Source: Hemiscyllium ocellatum (Eukaryota). Taken from it: a stretch of 64,000 nt of DNA. Both the position numbers and the translations under genes were made by a program. The notes below the pieces were generated by a model, which worked only from the letters and a program-made list of their open reading frames with translations, was not told the origin of the DNA and did no database searches. Location of the stretch: assembly GCF_020745735.1 (NCBI RefSeq), contig NC_083420.1:23994001-24058000 (forward strand). Reading direction: 5' to 3'. Positions 11,751-25,830 of the stretch are shown piece by piece (the stretch's first letter is position 1; each line of letters opens with the position of its first letter).

Positions 11751-12200
11751 TCCCTGGCCATGGACCAAATGGAGCAACCCTCATATTAAGGAGTATAACA
11801 GCATCTTGGATAAAATGTACAGGTAATGATCACCTTCCCTGATGTATTTTAGTGTTTACAGCTTCAACTCACACTCCCTGGATAAGAGAAATTTCTCCTG
11901 AATTCCTCAGTGGATTTTTTTAGTGACTGTTTTATACTAATGCCCCCAACTTTTTGTTTCCCTGTCATTGGAAACATCTTCTTTACACTTATGTTATAAT
12001 TTTAAAGACTTTATCAGATCACCCCTCAGCTGCCTTTTTCTATGATTAGAACCCCAATCTGTTCCAGCGTTCCTGATACTCCGAGTTTATTCTTGTGACG
12101 GTTTTTTTTTGCGGTTTCCTCACTACTTCTCAGTGCATAGCTGATACACATAGTAACAGTTACACTCTCATGAATTAAACAAGGCTATTCTGTGTTCCAG

Positions 12201-12383
12201 AACCAGATGGAGATATGAAAGACGTTCCAGAACATAACTTAGGTCCCAGCCTAAATACATTAATCAAAAAGGATGTTAATGGCCTGGGTTTGGTCTTGAT
12301 CGAACATGGATCCTTTCTGCAGATCGTTCATATTATTGGGAACAGTTCTGGAGACGGCCACAGAGCAGCAAACCTAAAGCAAG
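12201..12383 (+). CDS. PDZD9: PDZ domain-containing 9, exon 2 (PDZ N-half)
   Basis: HNL...NGLGLVLIEHGSFLQIVHII resembles PDZD9 GLGLIIIQHGPYLQITHLI; TTCCAG| and AAG|GTAATT. Confidence 0.88.
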
Positions 12384-13469
12384 GTAATTTAAAAACAAAA
12401 CAATCTGTTGTAAGAAATCTGATAAAACATGACTACCCTTTCAAAACCAATTGGCCATATGAGCAGGGTGGGTGTTGAGTGGAATGACCCCAGTAAAGCA
12501 CCTTGGAAATTTAGTTCAGTTAATTAAATAAATCAGGAATTGAAGATAGTATTGGAACTGGGGTCTGAAACTAGCAGATTAATATAAAAGTTCATTGTGT
12601 TCATTAATGGCATTTAACGAAACAAATCTGCCATTCTGACCCATGTTAATTACCCTCTGAAGTGACCCAGCATTCCACCTACTCAAAAAGAGATGAGGAA
12701 TCCATGCCAGCCTTGCCACATTAATAAAAAATAAATCATAAATAGATACATCTTTCCACTTGTGATGGGAGCAAGATGAGTCCAAAAATAGAAGTGAAAA
12801 ACACAAGATAGTCACTATTGAAATCTTAAGGAATACAATAGGAAACTCTTTACCCAGAGAGTGGTGTGAAGATGGAACGCGCTATAATAGACAATAGTCT
12901 GAGATGAATAGCAATGATGCATTTGAGGGGAAACTAAATAGACACCAGGGAGGAAGGAATAGAGGAACATGCATTTTTTTGTTCTGCTAAAGGATCATTG
13001 ACCTGAAACATTGCCTCTCTTTCTGCTTAGATTCCATCAGTCCTGCGGAGTATTTTCAGAACTTTCTGTCTTTATAATAGAAAGACATGTTGTTAGGGTT
13101 CAGATCCTGATCTCCAACTATGAAGAGGGGTGGGAGAAGCTCTCATGGGTCAGTTTTTGTCGCTGTAAATTCTTTATGCTGTATCTATGATAATTAAAAT
13201 TGAAAAAAGAAAACACAAAGATCCTACAGCATCTGTCGAGAGAAAAACTGAATTAATATTTTAATCAATAACAAGAAGTTAGCAATTTAGCAGAGTTTAA
13301 ACAAAGGAAGATTTGTGATAATTTGGATGACAGGAAATAAGTAGTTAAAGGGATGGTGATGCAAAGCAAAAGAGGTAGCAATGAGACAAATAACGAATCA
13401 AAAGATGGGTGTGAAAAAAATGTAGTTGGTTTACAACAAACAATTGGTAGAGGATTTTATGAATTAACA

Positions 13470-14800
13470 TATGAATTAAAAGCAGGTGTAATCCTCTACA
13501 TTCCCGCCTACTCCCAACAATATTTCACCCTCTTGTCCATCAATAAGTTATTTACCTCTGCCTTTAAAATCTCAAGGACTTCTTTCTCAAAAGGCAGTAG
13601 AAACAGAGTTCAAAAGACTCTTAACCTTCTGTAAGAAAAATATTCTCCTTTTTGTTTTCTTAAATTTATGACGCCTTGTTTTTAAACAGCGCCCTTCAGA
13701 AGAAAATGTCCTTTCCACATCCACCTGGTCAAAATCCCTCAGGATCTTATATGGTTCAATCAGGTCAACTCTTACTCTTCTAGACCCCAGCACATACAAG
13801 CCTAACCTGTCTAACCTTTCCTCATAAGAAAACGCCTCCATTCCTGAGCTTTTTCCCCAAAACATTTTCAAGCTTTTTTAAATAAGCCAACAAAAACTGT
13901 ACACAATATTCCAAATATGCTTTCACCAAAGTCCTGTATAATTGAAGCATTGCTTCACTATGCTTGTATTAAATTTCCATCGTAATAAATCATATCATTC
14001 TATTAGCTTTCCTAATTACTTGCTGTATCTGATACTAACTGTTTATGATTCATGCATGAGGGCACCCAGATCCCTCTGCGTCTCAAAGTTTTGTAATCTT
14101 TTGCCAATTAGAAATTGTGCTTGTTATTATTCTTTAAGCCGAAAAGGAAAACTTCACATTTTGCCACATTATACTCCATTGCCACATCTTTGCCCACTCA
14201 CTTAACAGATTTATATTTTTAACCTCCTTACATTCTCTTCACAACTTACATTTCTACTTGACTTAGTGTTATCAGCCAAGTTAGCAACTGTACTTTTGAT
14301 CCCTTCATCTGTCATTACAGAAATTATAAAAACCTGAGGCTTAGTACTGATCCCTGTGGAAAATCACTATTTTGTCTTGCCAACAAGAAAGCAAACTATT
14401 TATGCCTACTCTCTGTTTCCTATTAGCTAGCCAAACTTTTATCCAAGCCAATTTGTTATCCCTTACACCATTAACATTTATTTTCCTCAATAACCTTTGA
14501 TGCAGCACATTATCAAATGCTTTCTGAAAATCAGTTCAGGATATCCACTGGCTCCAATTCATGCACAACACAAGTTACTTCTTCACAAAACTCTAATAAA
14601 TTTGTTATACATAATTTCCCTTTCAATGAAACCTGATTTCATTGAATTTCGCCAAGTGCCCTGCTATAATGTTTTGAATAATAGCTTTACTATAACAGAT
14701 GTTAAAATAACTGACCTGCTTTCTATCCCAGTGGTACCCATTCCCAAATCAGGGCAATTTTTGAAAACCAAAACCAATGCATCAACTATCTCTCCAGGCA
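13470..14800 (-). mobile_element. CR1 LINE fragment
   Basis: SYEERLDRLGLY...DLIEPYKIL on minus strand. Confidence 0.75.
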
Positions 14801-14813
14801 CTTTGTTTATGAT

Positions 14814-15031
14814 AAAAAAAACTGAAAGAACTGCAGACGCAGTAAATTAGAAACAAAAGCAGAAGTTACTGGAAAAGTTCAGCAGGCCTGGCAGCATCTG
14901 TGAAGAGAAATCAGAGTTAATATTTTGGGTCTGGTCACCCTTCTGAGGAAATGTTAACTGTCATTTCTCTTCACAGATGCTGCCAGATCTGCTGAGCTTT
15001 TCCAGCAACTTCTGTTTTTGTTTTTGATTTA
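14814..15031. mobile_element. Penelope-derived fold-back element with 9-bp TSD
   Basis: Inverted arms ~14844-14925 and ~14948-15031; GTTTATGAT on both sides. Confidence 0.75.
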
Positions 15032-15059
15032 GTTTATGATTCTAGCGTTGAGGTTTCAG

Positions 15060-15600
15060 AATGACCAGGTACTTGACAGCTCCCACAATTTGTTCAGTTT
15101 GAATCTCCAGCCAACTTCTGGGAAACAGTCAAAGGGAATATCAAAAGGTTATTTATCCTCAAAGGTGTTCAGAAGGCAAGAGAGAGACAGGGAAAACTGT
15201 TCAAACTCCAGAAAAACATGCAGAACCAACTCCTGCTGCAGATGATCGGGGTTGATGTCACAGAGGTTCGCCAGGAGGTGAAGAGCCAGAAAGTTTCACT
15301 CTTTGCTTCAGAGGCCTCCAAGCTAATCTTCCAGTCAAGGGTCTGCACTGTGGAGCAGGATGAGACGTGCTCGCATTTCTTCTTCCAGAAGGTGCACAAG
15401 GAGAACTCTGTGTTGCAGCCTGAAGGAAGAAAATGTCTTGGTAACAACATCTCAGTCCGGCATCCTGAGGATCAGCAAATCCTTTTATGCAGACTGTATG
15501 ACATGAAGCCCATAGACAGCATGGTCTCCCAGTTGTTCCTGTCCTCTGTCACGGAGGTTAAAGATAACAGCACAAGGGAGTGGCTGAACCAGCTGTTATC
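15060..15600 (+). mobile_element. Tx1/L1-clade LINE ORF2 fragment
   Basis: IFQSRVCTVEQDETCSHFFFQK resembles the RSR..W.E.GE..T.FFF linker motif. Confidence 0.65.
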
Positions 15601-15603
15601 TTG

Positions 15604-15942
15604 GCAAGGTGGCTCAATGGTTAGCGCTGCTGCCTCACAGCGCCAGGGACCTGGGCTTAATTCTAACCTTGGGTGACTGCCTGTGTGGAAATTGCACATC
15701 CTCCCTGTGCATTTGTGGGTTTCCTCCAGTTTCCTTCCATAGTCCAGGTATGTGCAGGTTAGTTGGATTGGCCATGCTAAATTGCCCATAGCATCCAGGG
15801 ATGTGCAGGCTAGGTGGATTAGCCATGGGAAATGCAGGGTTACAGGGATAGGGCAGAGGGGTGGGTCTGGGTAGGCTGCTTGTTTGGAGGGTGGCTGTGG
15901 ACTCAATAGGCTGGATGGCCTGCTTTTATACTGTAAGGATTC
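15604..15942 (+). mobile_element. tRNA-derived SINE
   Basis: GGTGGCTCAATGGTTAGCGCTGCTGCC head and conserved core. Confidence 0.8.
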
Positions 15943-17604
15943 TAGTACCACTTTCCTGGTGATTGTAATTTTTTTTGAGTTGCCCTCTCCTATTTCCTGA
16001 TTAACAAATAATTCTAGAATGTATCTTGTATCCTCATAATGCATACTGATGCAAAATACCTGTTCAATTCATCTGCTGTCCCTTGATTGATTATCTTTAA
16101 GTCTCACTTTCTACAGGACCAATGCTCACTTTAAGTCTTTTAACTTCTAAATATCTTTAGAAATGCTTACTATCTGTTTTCATATTTATAGCGGGATTTC
16201 TCTTATACTATGTCTCATTTACTCTCATTAATATTTAAATTTAACCTTTCTAGTTAATCACAGATGGTGGGTTCTACTTGGAATTTTTTCTATAATTTTG
16301 GAATCTATACATTCTGGAATACCCACCTAAATGTCTGGCTAACGTGCCTGTATTGACCTAATTTACCAGTCCACTTTATGTAGTTCTGCTTTCATGCTTC
16401 ATAATTACTTTGATTTAAGTGTAATGTTCTGGTCTTGAACCCACACTTTTCTGCCTCAAACTGAATGTAAAGTGAAATTATTTTATGATTGCAGCAATCT
16501 AAGGGCATATTCAACACAAGATCATTAATTAATCCTAACGTATTGCAAGGTATCAGGTCATGTTTAACTTGCTCTCTGGCTGCTCCAGAATGCCCTGTTT
16601 GAAGAAACTATTGTTAAAGCATTCTATTGAATTCCTTATGGAGGCTATTTTTCCCACTGATCTTTCTAGCCAATTTGTAGATTAAAAATCTCTCATGATT
16701 ATCAACTTAATTTTCTGAACAAGGTCCCATTACTTGTTCTTTATGTTAGGGGGCTGAAACATCAAATGGTTTCTTGCCTTTATCATTTCTCATCTCCACC
16801 CAAACATGTTTCTACATCATGGTATCCTGAACTTAAATAGTTCCTCTCTCCTGTGTTAATATCATCCCTCCACTTTTTCCAAGCTTCCAATCCTTCCTAA
16901 GTGTTGTATGCCATTCAATACGCAGGTCACAGTTTACGTCAACCTGCAGCCATGTTTCTGTAATGATTATCAGATAGTACTTACTTATTTCTATTTATGT
17001 CATCAATTAATTTGTTTCATTTGAAATATTATGCGCATTCAGATATGGACACTTTATTTCATTGCTTTGTCATTTTTGTAACCTCTAGCCTCATCTGTTG
17101 ATCTTCACTAGCTATCCCTTTCGATCATGGTCTGTTTATTATTTCCTACATTAATACCTTTCTGACTAGCCTTGTCTCACTATTCTTTGACTTACCAAAT
17201 CTTCCTAAACTGGGTCTTTTTCACCACTGTTTAATTTAAAACCCTCTATACTTCCCAAGTTTGTAGCTGAATAGAATACTGGTCCAAGCAAGGTTCAGTT
17301 GTAGACCAATGCAGTGCACAGGCCACACTCTCTCCAGTACTGGTGCCAGTGCCCCAATAACATTTTTACCACACCAGTCTTTGATCTACACAATTCTATG
17401 ATCTTATTTCCTCTATGCCAAATTATGTATCACTATGTTAGTAATCTAGGGATTATCATCTTTGAAATTTGCTTCTTAGTTTGTGCTTAGCTCCTCATAC
17501 TGAATATGCAGAACCTCTTTCTTTGTTCTTCCTATGCTGTTGGTGCTGACATGACATGAACAAGATAAACTGGATCCTCCCCCTCCCACCACAAATTATA
17601 TCTC

Positions 17605-18225
17605 AACCCAATCTAGTCCCACCTGCCAGCACTCGGCCCATATCCCTCCAAACTCTTCCTGTTCATATGCCCATCCAAATGCCTTTTAAATGTTGCAATT
17701 ATACCAGCCTCCACCACTTCCTCTGGCAGCTCATTCCATACACGTACCACCCTCTGTGTGAAAAAGTTGTCCCTTAGGTCTCTTTATATCTTTTCCCTCT
17801 CACCCTAAACCTGTGCCCTCTAGTTCTGGACTCCCCCACCCCAGGGAAAAGACTTTGTCTATTCATCCCTCAGCCTCTGACGCTCCAGGGAAAACAGCCC
17901 CAACCTGTTAAGCATCTCCCTATAGCTCAAATCCTCCAACCCTGGCAACATCCTTGAAAATCTTTTCTGAACCCTTTCAAGTTTCACAATATCTTTCCAA
18001 TAGGAAAGTCGCAACATGACTTCCCAATGCCTGTACTCAATACTCTGACCGATAAAGGAAAGTATACCAAACATCTTCTCCAAACAAACAGCCTACCCAG
18101 ACCCACCCCTCTACCCTATCCCTGTAACCCTTCCTATCTACCTGTGACTCCACTTTCAAGGAGCTATGAACCTGCACTCCAAGGTCTCTTTGTTCAGCAA
18201 CACTCCCTAGGACCTTACCATTAAG
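17605..18225 (-). mobile_element. CR1 LINE 3' fragment
   Basis: KLERVQKRFSRMLPGLEDLSYREMLNRLGLFSLERQRL. Confidence 0.85.
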
Positions 18226-18885
18226 TGTTCTCTAGTCCTGAACGGGCACCAGCCATATAATAGACTTCTGAACTCTGATGCAGAGAACAGTGTCAATCAT
18301 ACTCTAGTATCCCTTAATACCATTACATTCCTTTCTGCTACTCCCATTTGAATGAATTCCTTTATCACAGTGTCATGGTTAATGAGCTCAACCACCCAGA
18401 AGCCCTTACTCTCATCACAACAAACTGAAAAAACATCAAACTTGTTGGACAATTGCAGAAGGTGATACTCTAGCTTCCACACTTGTAGATGTTACTGTTC
18501 TTTTCCTGACAAGAGATCAGACCAGAAGACCCTCTCCTAAATTGTATAACCACTTCCAGGAATAAAAGTGTCCAGTTAACATTCTCCCTCCCTGCTTTGT
18601 TGAAGTTCTGATAGAGTTTATGAGCTAGAAGCTAAACTAAGTCAAATCCACTCGGATGGCAAACACTTCCTTCAGATGTGTTTGCTATGGATCATACTGA
18701 TGCCCTGGAGCATCCTGAAATCTAACATATCACCATTTTTATTGTGTTTGAATGAAGTAATTAATTATCTGATGAATGTATTATTGAACAAATTAATGTC
18801 TTTTCTCACTAATGGTGACAGTATGAACTTAAACCTTAGAATCTAATAAACTTCTTAAGACAATGTGATCGAAGAGAATACTTGA

Positions 18886-19662
18886 TTTAGAGGAGCTGGT
18901 GTTGGACTGGGGTGTACAAAGTTAAAAATCACACAACAGCAGGTTATAGTCCCAACAGGTTTATTTGGAAGCATTAGCTCTTGGAGCGCAGCTCCTTCAA
19001 CAAGTGCTTGTCGAATTTAAGATCATAGGACACAGAATTTATAGCAAAAGTTTACCGTGTGAAGTAACTGAAATTATATTTTGAAAAAGACCTGGATAGT
19101 TTGTTAAGTCTCTCATCTTTTAGAATGGGCATGTTGGTTTCAGTTCTTTCATTTGTAAATTCCAGAACTTTCTTAAAGTTACATTCTCAAGTGAACTTTA
19201 ACAATAGGCACCATGTTGGCCCAGATAATGCATTGAAGGTGTGAGGTGCCCTGTGTGAGGCTGTCTGTGCCCCAATGTTCGGACTGATTCTAACATACAA
19301 AAGGGATTTACAGAATCTTACATGAATTCATGCAGTTTTTGAACAAAAGAAAATGTAATTCTGCAAGTCCAAATTCACCCCACAAACTTGTGTGTATGTG
19401 TGCGCATGCGTGGGGAGCATATGAGAGTCTGTGAGAGAGTGTGTGTATATGTATGTGTGTGAGTATGCCTGTAAAGGGGTATAAGTGTACATGAGAGGGT
19501 TCATGTGAGATTTTGGGAGTGTATGTGTGAGCGTATGAGAGAGGGTCTGCACGAGTATATGGGTCTTTAGGAGCATGCGTGGGTGGTGCAGTAGGGTCAC
19601 CTGTAGTGTGACATGAATCCAAGGTCCTAGTTGAGGCCATCCCCATGGGTACCAAACTTGGC
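18886..19662 (-). mobile_element. Penelope-like element 3' end
   Basis: AKFGTHGDGLN endonuclease C-terminus, CA-rich 3' region, pLTR with decayed hammerhead. Confidence 0.75.
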
Positions 19663-19665
19663 AAC

Positions 19666-20960
19666 AGAATACTGAAATACAGGCTGCTAGACTAGATGGG
19701 ATTGAGGTGCACAAGGAGGAGGTGTCAGCAATTTTGGAAAGTGTAAAAGTAGATAAGTCCCCTGAGTCAGATGGGATTTATCCTAGGGAGCCAGGGAGGA
19801 GATTGCTGAGCCTTTGGCTTTGATCATTATGTTGTCATTGTCTACAGGAATAGTGCGAGAAGACTGGAGGATAGCAAATGTTGTCTCCTTGTACAAGGAG
19901 AGTAGAGATAACCCTGGTAATTAAAGACCTGTGAGCCTTACTTCGGTTGTGGGTAAAGTGTTGGAAAGGGTTATAAGAGATAGGATTTATAATCACCTAG
20001 AGAGGAATAAGTTGATTAAGGAGAGTCAACACGATTTTGTGAAGGGTAGGTCGTGCCTCACAAACCTTATTGAGTTCTTTGAGAATGTGACCAAACAGGT
20101 GGATGAGGGTAAATGACTTTGATGATGGCATAGAAGGATGGTTTAGTAAACTTGCAGATGACACTAAGGTCAGTAGAGTTGTGGGTAATGCTGAAGGATG
20201 TTGCAGGTTACAGAGAGACATGGATAAGCTACAGAGCTGGGCTGACAGGTGGCAAATGGAGTTCAATTTGGAAATATGAGAGGTGATTCACTTTGGGAGG
20301 AGCAACAGGAATAAAGAGTACTGGGCTAATGGTAGTGTAGATGAGCAGAGAGATCTCATTGTCCATGCACATAGATCCCTAACAGTGGCCACCCAGGTTG
20401 ATAGGGTTGTTAATCCCTCTACCGTATGTCTTCTTAAGTTTCGGAACCATTAGCTCATGCTGTAGCTGTACAAAACCCTGGTGTGGCCACATTTGGAGTA
20501 TTGTGTACAGTTCTAGTCATCACATTATAGGAAGGGTGTGGAAGATTTGGAAAGGGTTCAGAGGAGATTCACTAGGATGTTGCCTGGTGTGGAGGTAAGG
20601 TCCTATGAGAAAAAGCTGAGGGACTTACTTGAGACATATGAGATAATCAGAGGGTTAGATCAGGTGGATAGTGAGAACCTATTTCCTCAGTTGGCGATGG
20701 ATAGCACGAGCTTTAAATTGAGGGGTGATAGATATAGGACAGATGTCAAAGGTAGTTTCTTAGAGAATAGTGGGGATGTGGATTGCACTACCTGCAACAG
20801 TAGTAGATTTGCCAACTTTAAGGGCATTTAAATGGTCATTGGATAGATTATGGATGAGAATAAAATAATGTAGTTTAGACGGGTTTCAGATTGGTTCCAC
20901 AGGTCAGCACAACATCAAGGGCCGAAGGGCCTGTACTGCACTGTCATGTTCTATGTTCTA
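19666..20960 (+). mobile_element. CR1 LINE fragment
   Basis: SLTSVVGKVLE, GRSCLTNLIEFFE, LERVQRRFTRMLPG; TTCTATG tail. Confidence 0.88.
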
Positions 20961-22011
20961 ATAAAATATATGATGAAATCATTAGCTTCTTATTTCCTTT
21001 CTGCTAGAATCTCTTAACTAATGTAATCTAGGTGTTTGTCAGGAAAATCACCAGCCTCTGAGTCAGAGTTTGGGTTCAACAACAGAATTTATTGTACAAG
21101 GAAATTTAAAATGCATTTGGATGGCTACATTGAATAGGAACAGGTTAGAGGGATATGGGCCAAACATTTTAATTTAATATCCAAACTTACATCTTTAAAA
21201 ATTGTTAGTTAAAATGAATGTGCTACTTAGGATAACAGAATTCAATTATGTTAATACATTTAACATTCACATAAAATTAAGTTAGAAAATGTCAATGCTG
21301 CATGATTCAAAATTGAAATGCATGTTACAGAACCTGGAAGCTATGATTCTCAAACTACTTAAGAGGATTAATTATACAAATTACAAATAAGGTTTCTGCA
21401 AGTGTCTGAACAAAATTTCAGGCTTTAATCCATAGTTAAAGATTAAAATTTTGCCTCGAGGGATAAGTCCATCACTTTCAGTCCAAGAGAAACAGTAATG
21501 GAACATACCAAGAATACCGGTCAGTGTTAGCAATTGAAGTCACAGACTAGCCACAGTGTTATGACCAAAGCTGAAGGAGTGCATTGTTTCTGTAGTCCCA
21601 CTATTCCACAGCTCACAGCATCGAATAAAAATATCCTTTCCAGTTACCAAGACGACCAACGAAGTTCCTTGTCCATATCAGGATTGAAAATAAGAAGCTC
21701 TACCAACCAGACTTCTTAATAAACACACTTGTGGCTTTATTACCTGTAGTGATTGGAACCAGGTGGACCTTGTTCTCTGTGAAATCCTTCATTGGGATGT
21801 TAACCAGGGCCAGGGCGATAGTGTGGGGATTTTAAAAAATATAACCAGATATTAGAATTTCCTCAGTTCATGGGTACTGTGGGGGAAAAAAAACAGCACT
21901 GCTGCAAGGCAGGAGTGAAAAAGATCTAACAGGAAAATAAAATTTGCTCAGTTTTGAAGACTGACTCTGAGCTGGCTGGCCACAGCCAGTGGACTGTTCT
22001 CTGGTAAATAT

Positions 22012-23465
22012 AGAGCATAGAACATTACAGTGCAGCACAGGCCCTTCGGCCCTCGATGTTGCACCGCTCTGTCATACTAATCTGAAGCCCATCCCACCTA
22101 CACTATTCCATGTACATCCATATGCCTGTCAAATGATGACTTAAATGCACTTAAAGTTGGCGAATCTACTATCGTTGCAGGCAAAGCATTCCATACCCTT
22201 ACTACTCTGAGTAAAGAAACTACCTCTGACATCTGTTTTATAGCTTATCTCCCCTCAAGTTGTGTTCCCTTGTGTTTGCCGTCCCCATACATGGAAAAAG
22301 GCTCTCTCTGGACATCCGATCTAACCCTCTAATTATCTTGTATGTCTCTATTAAGTCACCTTTCAACCTTCTTCTCTCTAACGAGAACAGCCTCAAGGCC
22401 CTCAGCCTTTCCTCTTAAAACATTCCTTCCATACCAGGCAACATCCCAGTAAATCTCCTCTGCATCCTTTCCAAAGCTTCCACATCCTTCTTATAATGCG
22501 GTGACCAGAACTGTACACAATACTCCAAGCGTGGCTGTACCAGAGCTTTATACAGCTGCAGCATAACCTCCTGGATCCAGAACTCAGTCCCTTTATTAAT
22601 AAAAGCCAAAACACTGTATGCCTTCTTAACAACCCTGTAAATCTGGGTGGCAACTTTCAGGGATCTGTGTACATGGACACCAAGATCTCTCTGCTCATCT
22701 GCACTCCCAAGAATCTTACCATTAGCCTAGTACTTTGCATTCTGATTACTCTGTCCAAAGTGTATCACCTCACACTTGTCCACATTAAACTCCATTTGCC
22801 ACCTCTCAGCCCAGCTCTGCATCCTATCTATGTCTCTCTGCAACCTACTACATATTTCATCATTATCCACAACTCCACCGACCTTAGTGTCATCCACAAA
22901 TTTACTAACCCACCCTTCTAAGCCATCATCCAGGTCATTTATAAAAATGACGACAGCAGTGGACCCAACACCGATCCTTGCGGTATGCCGCTAGTAACTG
23001 GACACCAAGATGAACATGTTCCATCAACTACAACTCTGTTTTCTTTCAGCAAGCCAATTGCTGATCCAAACTGCTATGTCTCCCACAATCCCATTCCTCC
23101 ACATTTTGTATAATAGCCTACTGTGGGGAACCTTCTCGAACACTTTGCTGAAATCCATATACACCACATCAACCGATTTACTCTAATCCATCTGTTTGGT
23201 CACTTTGTCAAAAGGTCAGTAAGATTCGTTAGGCACGACCTACCCTTCACAAAACTGTGCTGACTGTCCCGATCAGATTATTCTTTTCTAGATGGTTATA
23301 AATCCTATCTCTCATAACCTTTGCCAACACTTTACCAACAACTGAAGTGAGACTTGCTGGTGTGTAATTATCAGGGTTGTCTCCACTACCCTTTTTGAAC
23401 AAGGGAACCACATTTGCTATCCTCCAGTCCTCAGGCACTATTCTTGTAGATTTGAAGATCAATGC
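22012..23465 (-). mobile_element. CR1 LINE fragment, same subfamily as 19666-20960
   Basis: PEDWRIANVVPLFKKG, LEYCVQFWSPHYKKDV. Confidence 0.88.
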
Positions 23466-23794
23466 CAATGTGTACAGTTCTGGTCACCATATTATAAGAA
23501 GGATGTGGAAGCTTTGATTTGATGACAGGACCTAGCCTCTGTGCTGTTATTTCACTCACCCATCTTTTGGTTTGCATTGTGCCAGAACACTGGGATTTCT
23601 CCCCAGAGAGGGAGGGCATAGCCATGTGATGAATCATGGATGACCTCCCACTCACTTTCCTTCAGCAACACGTTGTAAACACAGGTTAGTCAGTGCTGTA
23701 AGTGGTGAAGGTTCAGTTCAGTAATCATCAAAATCGCCAGTTGAGTGGATTGACTCTGAGCTGGCTGGCCGCAGCTAGTGCACTATGTCTAAGT

Positions 23795-24778
23795 AAATGG
23801 TACATTGACGAGACCGAGCAGACACAACAACAATGGATGAATGGACAATCACCAAGCAAGAGTGTTCCCTCCCAGTCGAGTGACCATCCTCCAACATGGA
23901 CTTCAGGACAAGCAATAACGCAGAATGGCTGAGCAGAAGCTGTTAGCACCATTCAGTTCCATGGGAATGGCCTCAACCGAGACCTTGGGCTCATGTCATA
24001 CTACAGGTGACCCCACTACACAATACACTCTCTCTCACACACACACTCCTACATACTCTCACACCCATGCAAATCCTCTCTCATACACAAGCTCTTTCTC
24101 ACTCACATCAACACACGCACCCTCTTACAGACATGTACGCCATCTCACTCACATACTTAACCAAATTTACACACACATATACACACATGACTTGGAGATG
24201 CCAGTGTTGGACTGGGGTGTACAAAGTTAAAGATCACACAACACCAGGTTATAGTCCAACAGGTTTAATTGGCAGCACTAGCTTTTGGAGCGCCACTCCT
24301 TCATCAGGTGGTTGTGGACACACACACACACACACACACTATCATGTGCACTCTCACCCACGTGTACACACTCACATGCACAATCACTGTCGCTCCTACA
24401 AGCACACACAAAAGTTTATGGGGTGATTTCTGCATGAATCCATGGAAAACTATGCAGAGAGCTTGTCAGTCTGACTAAACATTGGAACACAGACAGACTT
24501 CACACCTATTGTTAGTTCAAATCATACCTCGAGAATGTAATTGAAAAGTAGTTCTGGGATTTACATATCAAAGAACAGAAACCAGCATATCCAATTTTAA
24601 AAGATGAACAATTTAATCTAAAATTGTTTAATTTTCACATCGCTGTGACACTGGACTCCTTTGGCTATAAATTCTGTGATCATGATCCTATCCTCCACAA
24701 CCACCTGGTGCTCTGGAAGCTTGTGCTTCCAAATAAACCTGTTGGACTATTTCCTGGTGTTGTGTGATTTTTAAACTA
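23795..24778 (+). mobile_element. Penelope-like element 3' end with an opposite-strand pLTR inserted at ~24190-24317
   Basis: WYIDETEQT...MNG decayed GIY-YIG motif; pLTR copies in both orientations. Confidence 0.7.
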
Positions 24779-24846
24779 AGTAAATAAAAGGTGGCTTGGG
24801 ATATTGGCCTCTGTGCAAAACAACTTATTCAATAAAGATGCAATAA

Positions 24847-25145
24847 GGGGCAGCATGGTGGCTCAGTGGTTAGCACTGCTACCACACAGCACCAGGGATC
24901 TGGGTTCACTCCCTACCTTGGGCAACTATCTGTGTGGACGTTGCACATTCTCCCTGTTTTGGCATGGGTTTTCTCTGGGTGCTCTAGTTTCCTCCCACAG
25001 TCCAAAGATGTGCAGGTTAGGTGAATTGGGCATGCTAATTTGCCTGTAGTTTAGGTGCCTTAGTCAAGGGTAAATGTCGGGGAACGGGTCTGGGTGGGTC
25101 GCTCTTCAAAGGACCGGTGTGGACTGTAGGTAATCTAATCTAATT
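24847..25145 (+). mobile_element. tRNA-derived SINE
   Basis: Family head, core and AATCT tail. Confidence 0.85.
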
Positions 25146-25407
25146 GATTAACATACCCAGTCAGCAATATTGTAGTATGAATACGTATCCCTATAAATAT
25201 CACACAAATGCATACACTTTTCAGGAAAAGAAGAAAAAAAGATTTCTCTCAGAGATGAATTTTCTAAAAATACATTTTGAGCACTGCGTTTTTCTCAAAG
25301 TCAAAAGGATAAAGCATAGGATATTTCAAAGCCTGATGTACTGATATTCCAGCATGATGTGGAGATGCCAAGAGGGGCGGGGAGTGGGGGGGGTACAAAG
25401 TTAGAAA

Positions 25408-25830
25408 TTTGCTATAAATTCTGTGTCTTACAATCTTACACTCCACAACTACCTAATGAAGGAGCAGTGCTCCAAAAGCTAGTGCTTCCAAATAAGGCAG
25501 CATGGTGGCTCAGTGGTTAGCACTGCTGCCTCCCAACACCAGAGATCCAGGTTCAATTCCAGCCTTGGGTGACTGTCTGTGTGGAGTTTGCACAATCTCC
25601 CCGTGTCTGCGTGGGTTTCCTCCAGGTGCTCTGGCTTCCTCCCACAATCCAAAGATGTACAGGTCAGGTGAATTGGCCATGCTAAATTGCCCATAGTGTT
25701 AGGTGCATTAGTCAGAGGGAAATGGGTCTGGGTGGGTTACTCTTCGGAGGGTCGGTGCGGACTGTTTCCGTGCTGTAGAGAATCTAATCTAAACCTGTTG
25801 GACTATAACCTGGTGTTGTGTGATTTCTAA
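25408..25830 (+). mobile_element. Penelope pLTR split by a SINE (25496-25790)
   Basis: CTTCCAAATAA[SINE]AAACCTGTTGGACTATAACC rejoins the pLTR sequence seen elsewhere in the window. Confidence 0.8.
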
